Of a DNA stretch of 64,000 nt, positions 39,166 to 49,533 are shown in pieces. The stretch covers positions 33,626-97,625 of IMG/VR virus record IMGVR_UViG_3300043673_000021; one strand, 5' to 3'. The position numbers and the translations under genes are program-made. A model generated the notes under the pieces. It was not told where the DNA came from, ran no database searches, and was given only the letters and a program-made list of their open reading frames with translations. Source of the DNA: a virus. The number at the start of each line of letters is the position of its first letter. Position 1 is the first letter of the stretch.

Positions 39166-39514
39166 ACGTTTCTGCCCCCCCCGCGTTAAGGCACATAGAA
39201 ATCTCGGGAACTCCGCTCATGCTTGCCTCTGATTCGATCAAGCCAAGCGTTACAAGCCTGTGGCAATTGGGGCACAGAACCATAACATTGCTAGGGTGAT
39301 AACCAGCTACTGGATTATGCCGATGGCGATCGCAGGGTGCCTTGTCCCATCCGCAGAGTTCACATTGAGAGTTGTCGATGATGCGCCTATTGCTTGGCTC
39401 ATCCCGTCGATGGCATCCATGGCAAAGGCGGTCATATCGCGGATCTCCGTTTGGAGTTCTCCCCTTATTTCTCGCTAGATTTTCGCAGCCTTCGGTTTCG
39501 CAGATCGGCCTCAT
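39155..39514 (-). CDS. HNH endonuclease splitting the MTase
   Basis: CELCG...DRHRH...NVMVLCPNCHR; tail (EISMCLNAGG) looks like MTase variable-region sequence. Confidence 0.8.
   Translation of the reverse strand: MRPICETEGCENLARNKGRTPNGDPRYDRLCHGCHRRDEPSNRRIIDNSQCELCGWDKAPCDRHRHNPVAGYHPSNVMVLCPNCHRLVTLGLIESEASMSGVPEISMCLNAGGAETYGR
39175..39182 (-). repeat. G8 homopolymer at a frame break in the MTase variable region
   Basis: Removing one G gives CLNAGGQKRMDAESETFV, continuous with ORF 37567..39165. Confidence 0.8.
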
Positions 39515-39566
39515 TTACCCTCCAACACAAAATATCCATGCGCCTCATCGACACTTCCGCGCGCCG

Positions 39567-40369
<803 letters not shown>

Positions 40370-40373
<4 letters not shown>

Positions 40374-40585
40374 GCAGACCCCACAATTTCGTTCTTGCCC
40401 TGAAGATTGCACGCCCAGCAATGCGAACCTTCATCCGCGTCTGCATATACCTGATCGAATGCCGCGCCGACTATCCCAGTACCGGGGCAACCGTTCTCCT
40501 CAATCCGGAACTTCATGGACTCGGCAGTCTCGCCTTCGGGTATTTCGACTTCAATTTCGAACGTGCAGCGCACCTTGATCTTCAT
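40370..40585 (-). CDS. Hypothetical protein
   Basis: Coupled on both sides. Confidence 0.55.
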
Positions 40586-40808
40586 CGCGTCTCCTCAACC
40601 CACTCAAGCGTCGTCCGGTAGACTTCGCGATACCGCACCTTCGCTGCAATGTACGCCTGACGCATCGCGTAGATCGAAGCGCAGACGACCGCCAGAATGC
40701 GCGTGATACCCACCGTGCGCACCCAGATACCGGCTGCCGGGATGCCGATGCAGGTGCTGAGCATGAGGACGTCAGCGCCGGGCGAGGTTAGGGATTCGGC
40801 GATCATAT

Positions 40809-41114
40809 TTACATCCACGCCTTTACGCACCACGCGAAGCCAACTGAGAACACGGGAGACAGAAGCATCTCAGCGTAGGTCGCCCAGATTGACTTGTCGG
40901 AATTATTCGCGTTGGAAGTTTTCCCGACCAACATCGCGATCAATACCGACAATCCCAATGCCACAGAGCGCGATGGTGCAGGGATGCTCCATGCTGGCGT
41001 AATAAACCAACCCCATATCGTTGTCAGCGCCCAATCCTTTATCAATACCGAGGCCACGAGGACTGGGACTAGAGAGATGCATCCCAGCAACGCTTCGTCT
41101 TTTGAGATTTCCAT
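40809..41114 (-). CDS. Hypothetical membrane protein
   Basis: Three hydrophobic segments; AAAGGA RBS. Confidence 0.6.
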   Translation of the reverse strand: MEISKDEALLGCISLVPVLVASVLIKDWALTTIWGWFITPAWSIPAPSRSVALGLSVLIAMLVGKTSNANNSDKSIWATYAEMLLSPVFSVGFAWCVKAWM

Positions 41115-41124
41115 TGTTTCCTTT

Positions 41125-41620
41125 CAATGGCGGGCCGCACGCGCGACCCGCTTCGTTTCCCTCTCAGTTAGTTGCGACCGCCAGACAGGGTCCAATTCCC
41201 TGCGGCAGGCGCTGGTCGTTCTTTCGGTCGATCCGGTGGGCTTGAGAGTTTGGCCATCACCACGACACCGATCTGTACCAACGGACTTTCTGTCCTCACA
41301 CTCTGGAAACCGGGGAACCCCGCGCAGATTTTCGTGCGCTAGTTAAAATTCCCCGGCTGTTCGCAATCGGACCCGAAGCGGCGGGATGACAATATACACG
41401 CCGAACCAAGTTACGGCGCAACGTATCCTCGAACATTCGAGCGCGTGCGAAAACTAAAACTTTTGCGAGCCTCCCAGATGGATTTGGACACCTCCCCCGA
41501 GATTTACCGTCCATCCGGAAAGCTTGCAAAATACCGGCGGCTCACAACCAAGCAAACCGCCGGTGAAGGAAATGCTACTTACGACGGAGATAACCCGCCG
41601 CTTTCCCTTTGGGGGAACTT
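41125..41620 (-). ncRNA. Candidate structured non-coding RNA (about 500 nt, run of hairpins)
   Basis: No convincing ORF; many inverted repeats, e.g. CCGGGGAA/TTCCCCGG, TTTTGCGAGC/GCTTGCAAAA, ACCGGCGG/CCGCCGGT; strand inferred from the operon. Confidence 0.5.
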
Positions 41621-41622
41621 GC

Positions 41623-41916
41623 TTACGCGGTCGGTTGCGTCGGAGCGACCGGGGTATTGGCAACGACAGCCGCGCCAAGAGCCGTGGCGGATGCCGCGAA
41701 ACGGCTGGTTACGGCAGAGATGGCGTTGGTGGCGGCATCGATCGAACCCTGGTTCGCCGCGGCATCAGCGGTAAGTGCGGCGGTAACCGCGGCGGTAATT
41801 TCAGCGGCAATGGCGTTGATTAACGCGAGTGCGCCGGCTTCGGTGGTTTCGGTGGCGGCAACCTGTGTAGTGGCTGCGGCGATAGCTGCATTGAGTGCTG
41901 TGAGATCTACTGGCAT
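41623..41916 (-). CDS. Ala/Thr-rich helical hypothetical protein
   Basis: AAGGAG RBS before MPVDLT. Confidence 0.65.
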   Translation of the reverse strand: MPVDLTALNAAIAAATTQVAATETTEAGALALINAIAAEITAAVTAALTADAAANQGSIDAATNAISAVTSRFAASATALGAAVVANTPVAPTQPTA

Positions 41917-41923
41917 GTTTTTA

Positions 41924-42106
41924 CTACTCCTTGGTGTTTTGGTCAACGGAACTTTGCAGTTCCGAACTTGTTTTGCCCAGGCCGGAGGTGAATTTCTGCA
42001 CTTGGGCGGTAAGCGCGTCGATCTCTTTCTGCTGCTGGTCTTCCAAATAGGTGACCAAGCGGTCGAGCGCTGGAATTTCTACCTTGATAAGTAACTGGTG
42101 TCGCAT
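41924..42106 (-). CDS. Small coiled-coil protein
   Basis: AAGGAG RBS. Confidence 0.55.
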   Translation of the reverse strand: MRHQLLIKVEIPALDRLVTYLEDQQQKEIDALTAQVQKFTSGLGKTSSELQSSVDQNTKE

Positions 42107-42119
42107 GTTGGCTCCTTGC

Positions 42120-42695
42120 TTACATCCCCATGCCGGAGGCCATTTTCATGACCAGTGCCAGAGTCTGGTTCGCGATTGTGCGATCGGCATCGGTGTATCC
42201 TCCACCCGATGACGGCGTGGACGCTGCCGGCGGATTCGGGTTGAAGACGTCAGTATTGGCGACCCCGCCGATACCGTTCGGGCCGAACGGGCTGGCGATC
42301 AGTTGCTCATTCGGCAGCAGCGGGCGAATCGGCACCAAATAAGACCCCGCAGTCGAAGGGGGAATCGGGCCGCTGTCCGGCGGAAGGTTGACCGAAGTCG
42401 CCAAGAATGCCGGGAGCATGATAGTTGTGACGACCGGCTTCTGCCCAGCGGCATCAAGATGAGCAGTGGAATACGACATCATCCCAGTGATTGAGCCGGA
42501 TTGGGCATTGCTGTCGATCCAACTCTTGACAGGCAGGATCGGGTTGTAAGCTGGCGCGACCTTGCCAGTCTTGGCGAAGTAATCCGCCTGATTTGTGAAC
42601 ACCTTGATATAGCTCGGCACCAAGGCGGTGATTGGATATTCCCCTTGGCCTTGCGGCTGAGGCGGATCGATAGTTACAGTCGGCGTAGTTCCCAT
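42120..42695 (-). CDS. Pro-rich hypothetical protein
   Basis: AGGAG RBS. Confidence 0.65.
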   Translation of the reverse strand: MGTTPTVTIDPPQPQGQGEYPITALVPSYIKVFTNQADYFAKTGKVAPAYNPILPVKSWIDSNAQSGSITGMMSYSTAHLDAAGQKPVVTTIMLPAFLATSVNLPPDSGPIPPSTAGSYLVPIRPLLPNEQLIASPFGPNGIGGVANTDVFNPNPPAASTPSSGGGYTDADRTIANQTLALVMKMASGMGM

Positions 42696-42823
42696 TTGTT
42701 TGGCTCCTGCGAACCACCCAGAAGGTCAAGAGACGAATGCTTCGGAGGCTCGCACTCGTTTCTGTTTCTGGATGGTTGGCAGAAGGCCGGATGCCCATCC
42801 GGCTCTTCCCGATTTATCGGACT

Positions 42824-43156
42824 TCAAGCGCTCGTCAGATCCTGGGTAGCCTCCCTTCTGGCGTCTGCCGTGGGGTCGGTCGAAATCGTTGAACCCGTGG
42901 GCGTAACGTTGGCAACTTGATAAGTGGTTCCGATGGAATACTCTTCCAGCGCCAATCTGCCGGCCACTTCCGCTGAAAGGTCAAAGGGCGGTTCTACCTT
43001 GATGGGGTCGATTGCCTTATCGCGGCGCTCGATATAGCGCAGAGTTCTATCGACCTCGTCCGCACGGGTAAGGAAATCTCGCCGACGCTCCGGCGTCCAC
43101 TCGCGCATGCTGGCCAGCATTTCGCGCTCTAGGGTGCCTCGCTTTTTATTGGCCAC
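42824..43156 (-). CDS. Hypothetical protein
   Basis: GGAGG RBS. Confidence 0.55.
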   Translation of the reverse strand: MANKKRGTLEREMLASMREWTPERRRDFLTRADEVDRTLRYIERRDKAIDPIKVEPPFDLSAEVAGRLALEEYSIGTTYQVANVTPTGSTISTDPTADARREATQDLTSA

Positions 43157-43895
43157 GGTGCGCCTCCGCTCTCTGCGCTTCCTGATGCTCCCAGATCATG
43201 TCTACGTCCGCATCGGAGACGCCAAGGTCGCCAGCGTCGTCTAGTTCGGCTTCCGCTGTGCGCCAGACGAACGGCCCGAAGCGCTCTTCGACTTCGGCGC
43301 GCTTCATGCGCAGTACGTCCACGAAAGCCTCGGTCGCCTCCCTCAGCTTTGCGATGTACGGCTCGTCGCGCTCTACCGGCGTCACGCTCAGCGGCAGTTC
43401 AGGATGATAGGAAACCGCGTAAACTCCGTCATACTCGCCGACCATAAGCTGGCCTTGCAACTGAGTGCGGTAATCCAAAACCATCTCGCCACCCATTAGG
43501 TAACGCATATGGACTGCCTCAGAAGCCGGAGCCTTGATCTCCACAATCCAGTTCGTGCCAACCACTTTGCGGTCAGGCGAAGCTCCAAGCATCAAATCTT
43601 CAGTTGTGACGAATCCGATGCGCTCCACTTCGATGTCAGTCTGGAACGTGAACGCCTTTGCCGCCGGCTCTTCCATCAAGGTCCCGCGCGCCATTACATC
43701 GGTCTCGATGCCGGTGATTGGCCGACCCATGACAAACTCCGCGAGGAGCTCATAAATGTAATTTGCAGACGATTTGCTTAGTTCGCATTTCGCCGGGGTG
43801 ACAATTTTGTCAAAGCATGAAGCAGTGGGTATGCCGAGCCGGAGACGGTGCCAAGCGGGAGAATTTTGAATGCAATCGTGCACCACGTGGCCCAT
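43146..43895 (-). CDS. YqaJ/lambda-exonuclease-like nuclease
   Basis: QNSPAWHRLRLGIPTAS, RGTLMEEPA, GASPDR, EIKAP, QLQGQL. Confidence 0.9.
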   Translation of the reverse strand: MGHVVHDCIQNSPAWHRLRLGIPTASCFDKIVTPAKCELSKSSANYIYELLAEFVMGRPITGIETDVMARGTLMEEPAAKAFTFQTDIEVERIGFVTTEDLMLGASPDRKVVGTNWIVEIKAPASEAVHMRYLMGGEMVLDYRTQLQGQLMVGEYDGVYAVSYHPELPLSVTPVERDEPYIAKLREATEAFVDVLRMKRAEVEERFGPFVWRTAEAELDDAGDLGVSDADVDMIWEHQEAQRAEAHRGQ

Positions 43896-44209
43896 TACCG
43901 ATCACTCCTGTCCAATACTGGATGCGTCCACTCATGCCACAGTTTGTGCACCGTGCCCGGCTTAACCCAGCAATAGAACCGTTCTCCGACCTTAACCGGA
44001 AACTTCAAGAAGGGGTCAACGACGCCTACCGGAGAAATCGACTTCTCCGCACCGAAAAACTTATCCTTCCGGTCGGTCTTTTTCAATGTGACCTTATCCC
44101 CAGGATTAAGCCCTTCCAATGCAACCACTGGCATGATCGGAACATGGATTGCGTCCCTAGCGTACTCCGAAAGGGGGTCGAGGACTTTGCCGATCAGTGG
44201 CTTACTCAT
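43895..44209 (-). CDS. Hypothetical phage protein (RDAIH family, copy 1)
   Basis: RDAIHVPI...GVVDPFL..PVKVGERF...HEWTHP. Confidence 0.65.
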   Translation of the reverse strand: MSKPLIGKVLDPLSEYARDAIHVPIMPVVALEGLNPGDKVTLKKTDRKDKFFGAEKSISPVGVVDPFLKFPVKVGERFYCWVKPGTVHKLWHEWTHPVLDRSDR

Positions 44210-44489
44210 CCTCGGGGTCCTCATACGCTTCGCAATCTTTATTCGTGCAGTGCCCGTCCGTTTCCTCTTGGTAGCAGGAGTCGCATTTCTCCTCTTTGAA
44301 CACACCATAAGCCTTAGCGAAGGTGTCCACTGCCAACTGGTATGCGTCCGGCGCGACCTCCGAAGTGCAGCAGTAGTTGTCCCAGTCGAGCGAATCGTCA
44401 TCGTAGTTCGCCTTCAGGTACGCGATGATCTGTTCCGCTTGCTCTGCTGTTAATTCGGGCAACGGTAGTTTTCTCTTTGGTTGTCTCAT
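44202..44489 (-). CDS. Acidic hypothetical protein
   Basis: ORF between ERF and the RDAIH gene. Confidence 0.5.
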   Translation of the reverse strand: MRQPKRKLPLPELTAEQAEQIIAYLKANYDDDSLDWDNYCCTSEVAPDAYQLAVDTFAKAYGVFKEEKCDSCYQEETDGHCTNKDCEAYEDPEDE

Positions 44490-44495
44490 GTGCTT

Positions 44496-45272
44496 CTACT
44501 TAGCTCCATGCTTCGCGCGCATCTTGGCCTGCAGCGCCCGGTATGCGATGGGATACGTGACCGCGTTAATCTCCTCGAAACTCTTGACGCCGATCAGGTT
44601 CAGGAAAGCCGTAGTCTGCTTTTCATCCATCTCAGCTTCCGCCTGCATATCCCGCAGCGAGTTCAACTGCTTCTCGTTAATGGCCGACATGCCATTGCCA
44701 TCGTCGTCCTGGCCCTCGGTCACCAAATTCAGTAGGCGTTCAGTCAGGTAGCGGCGCGCGTACTTATCGCTGCTTCCGACCGCCTGAATTGCGTTCTTAC
44801 CGCCGCTCGTATCCGCCGGCAGCCGCATCTTCGAGGACTTGCTATGGCCCATGCGGTGCGATATCGTGCCCACGTAAACGTCGCCCTTGTCGGTGAACTC
44901 CGTGTCAAAGGAGAGCGAGAAGCCAAACTCCGCGAGCAGCGGACGAATCGCCTTGTCAATGTTCTCGTAGGTCGCAAAGCGGAAGTCCACATCCTTGTAC
45001 TTCACGCGGCCATCTTTGCTGATGCGCGGCAGGCGGGGCTGAAGTTGCGACATCGCTTCATTGAAAGCCGCCAGTGATTCGTCGCGCTTCAACTGGCGAA
45101 CTTGATCCAGCACCTTTGAAAGCTTGTCGGCGTCGAAGCGGGGGTCCATCACCATTGGGCTGATCATGGCCATCAGCGCAGAGGATTCTGATTGAGCCGG
45201 ATCGGTATCGCGGTGGAACCGATTATCGAGAGCGGAAGTCTCGTGGCTTACAACTTCTAGCGACTCAGGCAT
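44496..45272 (-). CDS. ERF-superfamily ssDNA annealing protein
   Basis: FATYENI..AIRPLL..FGF, H..GHS, QAVGSSDKYARRY...GQDDDG. Confidence 0.88.
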   Translation of the reverse strand: MPESLEVVSHETSALDNRFHRDTDPAQSESSALMAMISPMVMDPRFDADKLSKVLDQVRQLKRDESLAAFNEAMSQLQPRLPRISKDGRVKYKDVDFRFATYENIDKAIRPLLAEFGFSLSFDTEFTDKGDVYVGTISHRMGHSKSSKMRLPADTSGGKNAIQAVGSSDKYARRYLTERLLNLVTEGQDDDGNGMSAINEKQLNSLRDMQAEAEMDEKQTTAFLNLIGVKSFEEINAVTYPIAYRALQAKMRAKHGAK

Positions 45273-46638
45273 TGACTGGCTCCTCGAATAGTTCAGGCTG
45301 GTTGACCGCGGAGACCGCGCCGTCTTCCATCACAATTCCTACCTTTCCGGAACTTTCAACCTTCTCGATCCAGACTTGGTAGTCATTGGCTTCGGCCATC
45401 TCGGAGATAAGCCTGATTCCGTCCTCGTCGAGTAGCGAACCATCCTTGATCCGGATAACTCGAAGCTTAGGGTTAGCAGCCATTGCGATCGCGACCGAAA
45501 CGCGAAGTTGTTCCGCGCTGGATGCCTGATCGAACGGAATCCCGTTATAGGTCACCACGCCATCGCCAAAACCAAGACCCGGTACTGGCATGTCCGACGC
45601 CGCAATGGCTTCGCCTCGAAGCGCCGCGCGCGCCTCCATGCGATCGGTTATTGCCTGCGACTCTTTCTCTAGCCGCTCCGCTTCAGCGGCAATAGATTCT
45701 CCCGACTGACGCTTTGTGACCTTGGCGTTGTACTCTTTGGCCTCAGACAACTGACGCCGAAAGTCTGCGATATCGATCGGAGCAGGTGTATCCGGCAGAG
45801 ACGCCAAGCGCGCCTCGATACCTTCAGCCTCGAGTATTGCTGCGTTAGCCTGCCCATCAATCAGGACAGCGGCCTTTTCTCCGTCTTCGCGGACGCGCTG
45901 AATCTCGCGCTCCAGTTCCGCAATTCGGGACTCCGTCATTGACCGACGGTGGGCTGCGCTATCCCTGTGACGTTCTGCTAGCCCACGCTTCGCAGAGATC
46001 CCCCGCTCCATGTCCTGACGGATTATCTCTGCGGTGCCGATAGAATTGTTGTGTTCGGCGGCAGCCTGTAGGCGGTTTAGAATCTCGGCCTCATTTACCG
46101 GCTCCGATGGAAGTGACGCGTAGTCTGCCGGAACGCGCGCCCGTGCCGCCTTGGCGTCGCGGTTTATATCAGTGCGCCGGGCGTAGTCGCCTTTATCCAG
46201 CCGTTCAAGTTCTTCGAGATTGATCGAAAGTTTGGATGCGCGCTGTAGTTCGGTGACTTGAAGCTTTTGCGGCATGCGCGAGAATGCAAGCGGGTCAAAA
46301 GTCAACTCTCCCAAGAGTTTGTCGAGCATGGCCTGAGGAGAGCCATAGTGCGCTCCTTCTGCATTCGAAACCGAAAGCGAGGTACCGCCGGCGGCCGTGA
46401 ATCGCCTCTCAACAATGAGCTCGCCCATGTCGAGTTTGATTCGCGCCTTCTCTGCGCCATTCCGAACCGGCTTCCCTTGGATCACTTCCTTGCCCGCAAG
46501 CGCCCAGTAAATGGAGTCGAGAACCGAACTCTTGCCGCTGCCGTTTTTCCCGGTAACCTGAACTAGAGCACCGGACGGCTTGATTTCAACAACACGTAGC
46601 TTTTTGACGTTCTCGGCTGTTAGTGTAAGTATTTTCAT
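45265..46638 (-). CDS. SMC/RecF-like ATPase with coiled coil
   Basis: ENVKKL, GKNGSGKSSVLD, ASSAEQL signature, IRIKDGSLLD. Confidence 0.88.
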   Translation of the reverse strand: MKILTLTAENVKKLRVVEIKPSGALVQVTGKNGSGKSSVLDSIYWALAGKEVIQGKPVRNGAEKARIKLDMGELIVERRFTAAGGTSLSVSNAEGAHYGSPQAMLDKLLGELTFDPLAFSRMPQKLQVTELQRASKLSINLEELERLDKGDYARRTDINRDAKAARARVPADYASLPSEPVNEAEILNRLQAAAEHNNSIGTAEIIRQDMERGISAKRGLAERHRDSAAHRRSMTESRIAELEREIQRVREDGEKAAVLIDGQANAAILEAEGIEARLASLPDTPAPIDIADFRRQLSEAKEYNAKVTKRQSGESIAAEAERLEKESQAITDRMEARAALRGEAIAASDMPVPGLGFGDGVVTYNGIPFDQASSAEQLRVSVAIAMAANPKLRVIRIKDGSLLDEDGIRLISEMAEANDYQVWIEKVESSGKVGIVMEDGAVSAVNQPELFEEPVNA

Positions 46639-46779
46639 TGCTCTGAATCTTTCCCTTGCCACATAAACTCTGCTCGTTTCATCTGCTCAACCACCAACCT
46701 GCGCGTTTCGGCGCTGGCGATCTTCATGCAAAGTTCGCTGGCCACCAGACTCCAAGCCGCTTCGTCATCGAGCCCGGAG

Positions 46780-47091
46780 TCATCCCCTTACCGATGAGGA
46801 AATCAGCGATAGTAGACGCCTTGCGCTCGCGCCCAAGTTCTTGATAAATGTTTGCCATTTGCTGTCCGTCACTGACTCCATCTCGGTAAAGCAGTACGCG
46901 CCAATCTCGTCGGAGTCGTCGTGCTTTACAAACCACACGTCGCCGCCATGCCCTGGGACGTATCTCGTAATCACACCCGTTGTCCCGCTCTTCCTGACGT
47001 TCAAATGCTTATCAGCTATTAACATCCCAAGCGTGCTTCCTAAATCGCCGATGCGAACACGCATGCCAGGCTCTACGTCGTTGCATTCCAT
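46780..47091 (-). CDS. SH3/KOW-like hypothetical protein
   Basis: PGMRVRI...GTTGVI...VWFVKH. Confidence 0.5.
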   Translation of the reverse strand: MECNDVEPGMRVRIGDLGSTLGMLIADKHLNVRKSGTTGVITRYVPGHGGDVWFVKHDDSDEIGAYCFTEMESVTDSKWQTFIKNLGASARRLLSLISSSVRG

Positions 47092-47093
47092 GA

Positions 47094-47375
47094 CTAGATA
47101 TGCAGCCCAGCCGCGCGCAACCTCGGCGCGATCTTAGGCTCGACGCCAAGCGCCCATCGCTCGTAGCCATTCACCTCAACCGGATAGCCCTTGCGCAAGA
47201 TCTCCAGATTGTCTGGGTCCGCATGGGCAATCACTATCGCCAGCGCCAGACTGAAACCTCCCAATAGAGAGAACTGCCAGCGGACCACCCATTTCTCAGA
47301 CTCGTCAAAGTCGGGAGAGTTAAGAACCCCAAAGGTCTTGTCACTCAACAGGAAATTTCCAAGTAGTTTCGTCAT
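47094..47375 (-). CDS. Hypothetical protein
   Basis: GGF..ALA....ADPDNL..L..GYP motif. Confidence 0.55.
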   Translation of the reverse strand: MTKLLGNFLLSDKTFGVLNSPDFDESEKWVVRWQFSLLGGFSLALAIVIAHADPDNLEILRKGYPVEVNGYERWALGVEPKIAPRLRAAGLHI

Positions 47376-47479
47376 TTCTTAATCCCGCTCCCGTAATTGT
47401 TCCCAACGCTCAAACCGCTCCCGTGCCGAAAACTCCCCGTCGAGAATGGCGTCCTGGTCCTCGTGGCCACACGGGTCTT

Positions 47480-47602
47480 TGGTAGCGCCGGATGGATTCG
47501 AACCATCAACAGGTTTCCGAAGAAGGTCTAGCGCGCACTTGGCAGTCTTCAGATTCCATCTACTCTGGTATGAGGCGGGTTTACCAATTTCCCCACGGCG
47601 CA
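47480..47602 (-). ncRNA. tRNA-like element with intact acceptor, D and T arms but an expanded, non-canonical anticodon region
   Basis: TGCGCCG...CGGCGCT-A-CCA; D arm TGGGGAAATTGGTAAACCC; T arm GATGG-TTCGAAT-CCATC; 68 nt between D and T arms. Confidence 0.72.
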
Positions 47603-47812
47603 ATTCCGTCTTCATCAGTGCCCCCGCTTCCGATCCCGCTTCGCCTTAACCTTGACCGCGCACTCCGCGCAACGTTTCTGCAAGCGAGAACTAGTAACGA
47701 CCGCAGCACCGCATGTGCATCGGAACGTCCGCGCCTGCGACACCGCCCTGCCTGTTCCGAACCGGAGCCCCATCATTTGCAGCATCCTTAGCACGAGCAA
47801 CTGAAATAGAAG

Positions 47813-48106
47813 TCAGTGATGTTGATGTTGCTCGTGTCCATTCCGGTCAGAGCGCCGAAGTCTGGTTACCGTGTCCTGGTAGAGAACAAGCCAAAATCGC
47901 TCGCCGGGTCGCACTGGATTATTGAGAAAAGGATCGACGACGCCAATCTTCTTTCGCTCATGGGCCGACGCCTTTTTTTCGCGGGTCAACCCGACGTGGG
48001 TTCCCGGAGATAGCATCCCATCGGCTTCAACTGGAGCAATAGCAAAGTGGATTGCATCCCTCTGCTCGTCGCCGTAAATCAGACTTCCAAGTTTCGTTTC
48101 GTTCAT
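47813..48106 (-). CDS. Hypothetical phage protein (RDAIH family, copy 2, altered C-terminus)
   Basis: RDAIHFAI...GVVDPFL..PVRPGERF. Confidence 0.6.
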   Translation of the reverse strand: MNETKLGSLIYGDEQRDAIHFAIAPVEADGMLSPGTHVGLTREKKASAHERKKIGVVDPFLNNPVRPGERFWLVLYQDTVTRLRRSDRNGHEQHQHH

Positions 48107-49104
48107 GAATTCGATCCTTCCCACTCCCCCAGCCCCTCATCCCAAGCCCGCGTCTCCGCCAGGGCCTTGCGCGCGTCGTCGCCGATGTCATATAACAGTG
48201 GCTCGTCCAGGACCGCGTCGTCGGGATCATAATCGCCATCCATAAGTTGCTCAGCGGTCGTTTTCAAATGCGTATCAATCACGGCTGGACCTCAGCGGGA
48301 ATGCCATGGAAGCCGCGATAGCGAACAGAGAGCCGACGATCAAGCCCCACGGATGGCCAAATACGCCGTCTGTTATCACCGAAGCACCTACGGCTCCAGT
48401 AGCGATCATCGCGATATTGGCCCAGTTGATTCTGCGCATGGCTACCTCGCCCCAAATAACCCATCGAGCCATTCGCAGGCCCGAACCATAACCGCGTGCA
48501 GCCTGTCGCCGAACCGCATCGGTACCTCGATCACATTCGGCGCAAAGTCTTTGTCGGAGAACGCCTTCGGAGCCCACGGCCCAACGTAAGGCATCTCGCG
48601 CGGTAGGAGCGCCGGGTTCGGGTCGGTGCCGGTCCACAGGTTGCTCGCGGTTTCCGTCCGGGGTGCCAAGCGCGGTTGCATCATCTCGTCAAGCTTCGGG
48701 TCAACGGCCCCGCGCTTCGTGCTGCGCTCCATTTCAATGTCGATTCGCGTCATTGGACCAGTTCCCCTTTCCCGTTTCGGCTGATATCGTTGCTGTACTC
48801 GAGCGCGGAAATCTGCTCGCAATCCAGTGGGCTGTCGCTGAACCCGAGGAGCGTTACCGTAGCCCCCAAGACGAAGCCGGACGCGATGAATAGAAGGATC
48901 GAGATCATTAGGCCGACCGCCGCTCTTGTGCCGCCGCGATCGTCAGCGTCCGCTCCGCGCCCATGGCCTTGCGCTGCACAGTCGGGGGCGGGGGTTCGAC
49001 GGTCGCGCCGCCATTCTCAATGGCCAAGAACTGTTTCGTAATAGCGTGGAGCGTTTCGACCATCATGTGGAGGGTTTCCCTTTGGACGGGCTTCCGGCGT
49101 GCCA

Positions 49105-49509
49105 TTATGCCGCCCTCGGGATAACCAGACCAAGCGCGCTCTCAATGCGAGCGACGCGTTCCTCTACTGTCTCGAACCGCTGTTTCGTCAAACGGTCTGT
49201 GTGGCGCTTCCAAAGCTCCACCGTCACGATCGGGTCACAATTGTTATCGCGCGAAGTCTGGAGGACGTTACGTCCAGCGGTTGCTTCCAGTGCGACACTT
49301 GCCCTGATTGGAGCTAGCATCGTGCCGGGGACCTCATGCGGGCGAGTTCTCGACAGATCTTTCGCTTTCACTTCAATGCGTTGCGGACCAGCCATTGGCG
49401 CAACTGCCGCGCATTCTGCGATGCTTACGTTTCGCCGTTGGGAGGGCTGGGTGGAGGACTCAGCCATGGAGGCTTTCGGCGGCGATCCTTTCTTTTCGTT
49501 CATCATCAT
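49105..49509 (-). CDS. Hypothetical early protein
   Basis: GGAG RBS; second gene of the leftward operon. Confidence 0.5.
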   Translation of the reverse strand: MMMNEKKGSPPKASMAESSTQPSQRRNVSIAECAAVAPMAGPQRIEVKAKDLSRTRPHEVPGTMLAPIRASVALEATAGRNVLQTSRDNNCDPIVTVELWKRHTDRLTKQRFETVEERVARIESALGLVIPRAA

Positions 49510-49533
49510 TGTTCTCCGAGTGAATTTTGGGTT

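Noticed and set aside
47480-47602. Calling this a functional tRNA-Met/Leu or a tmRNA
   Set aside because: CTCATAC lacks a flanking anticodon stem, and the element is far too short for tmRNA and lacks its acceptor signature.
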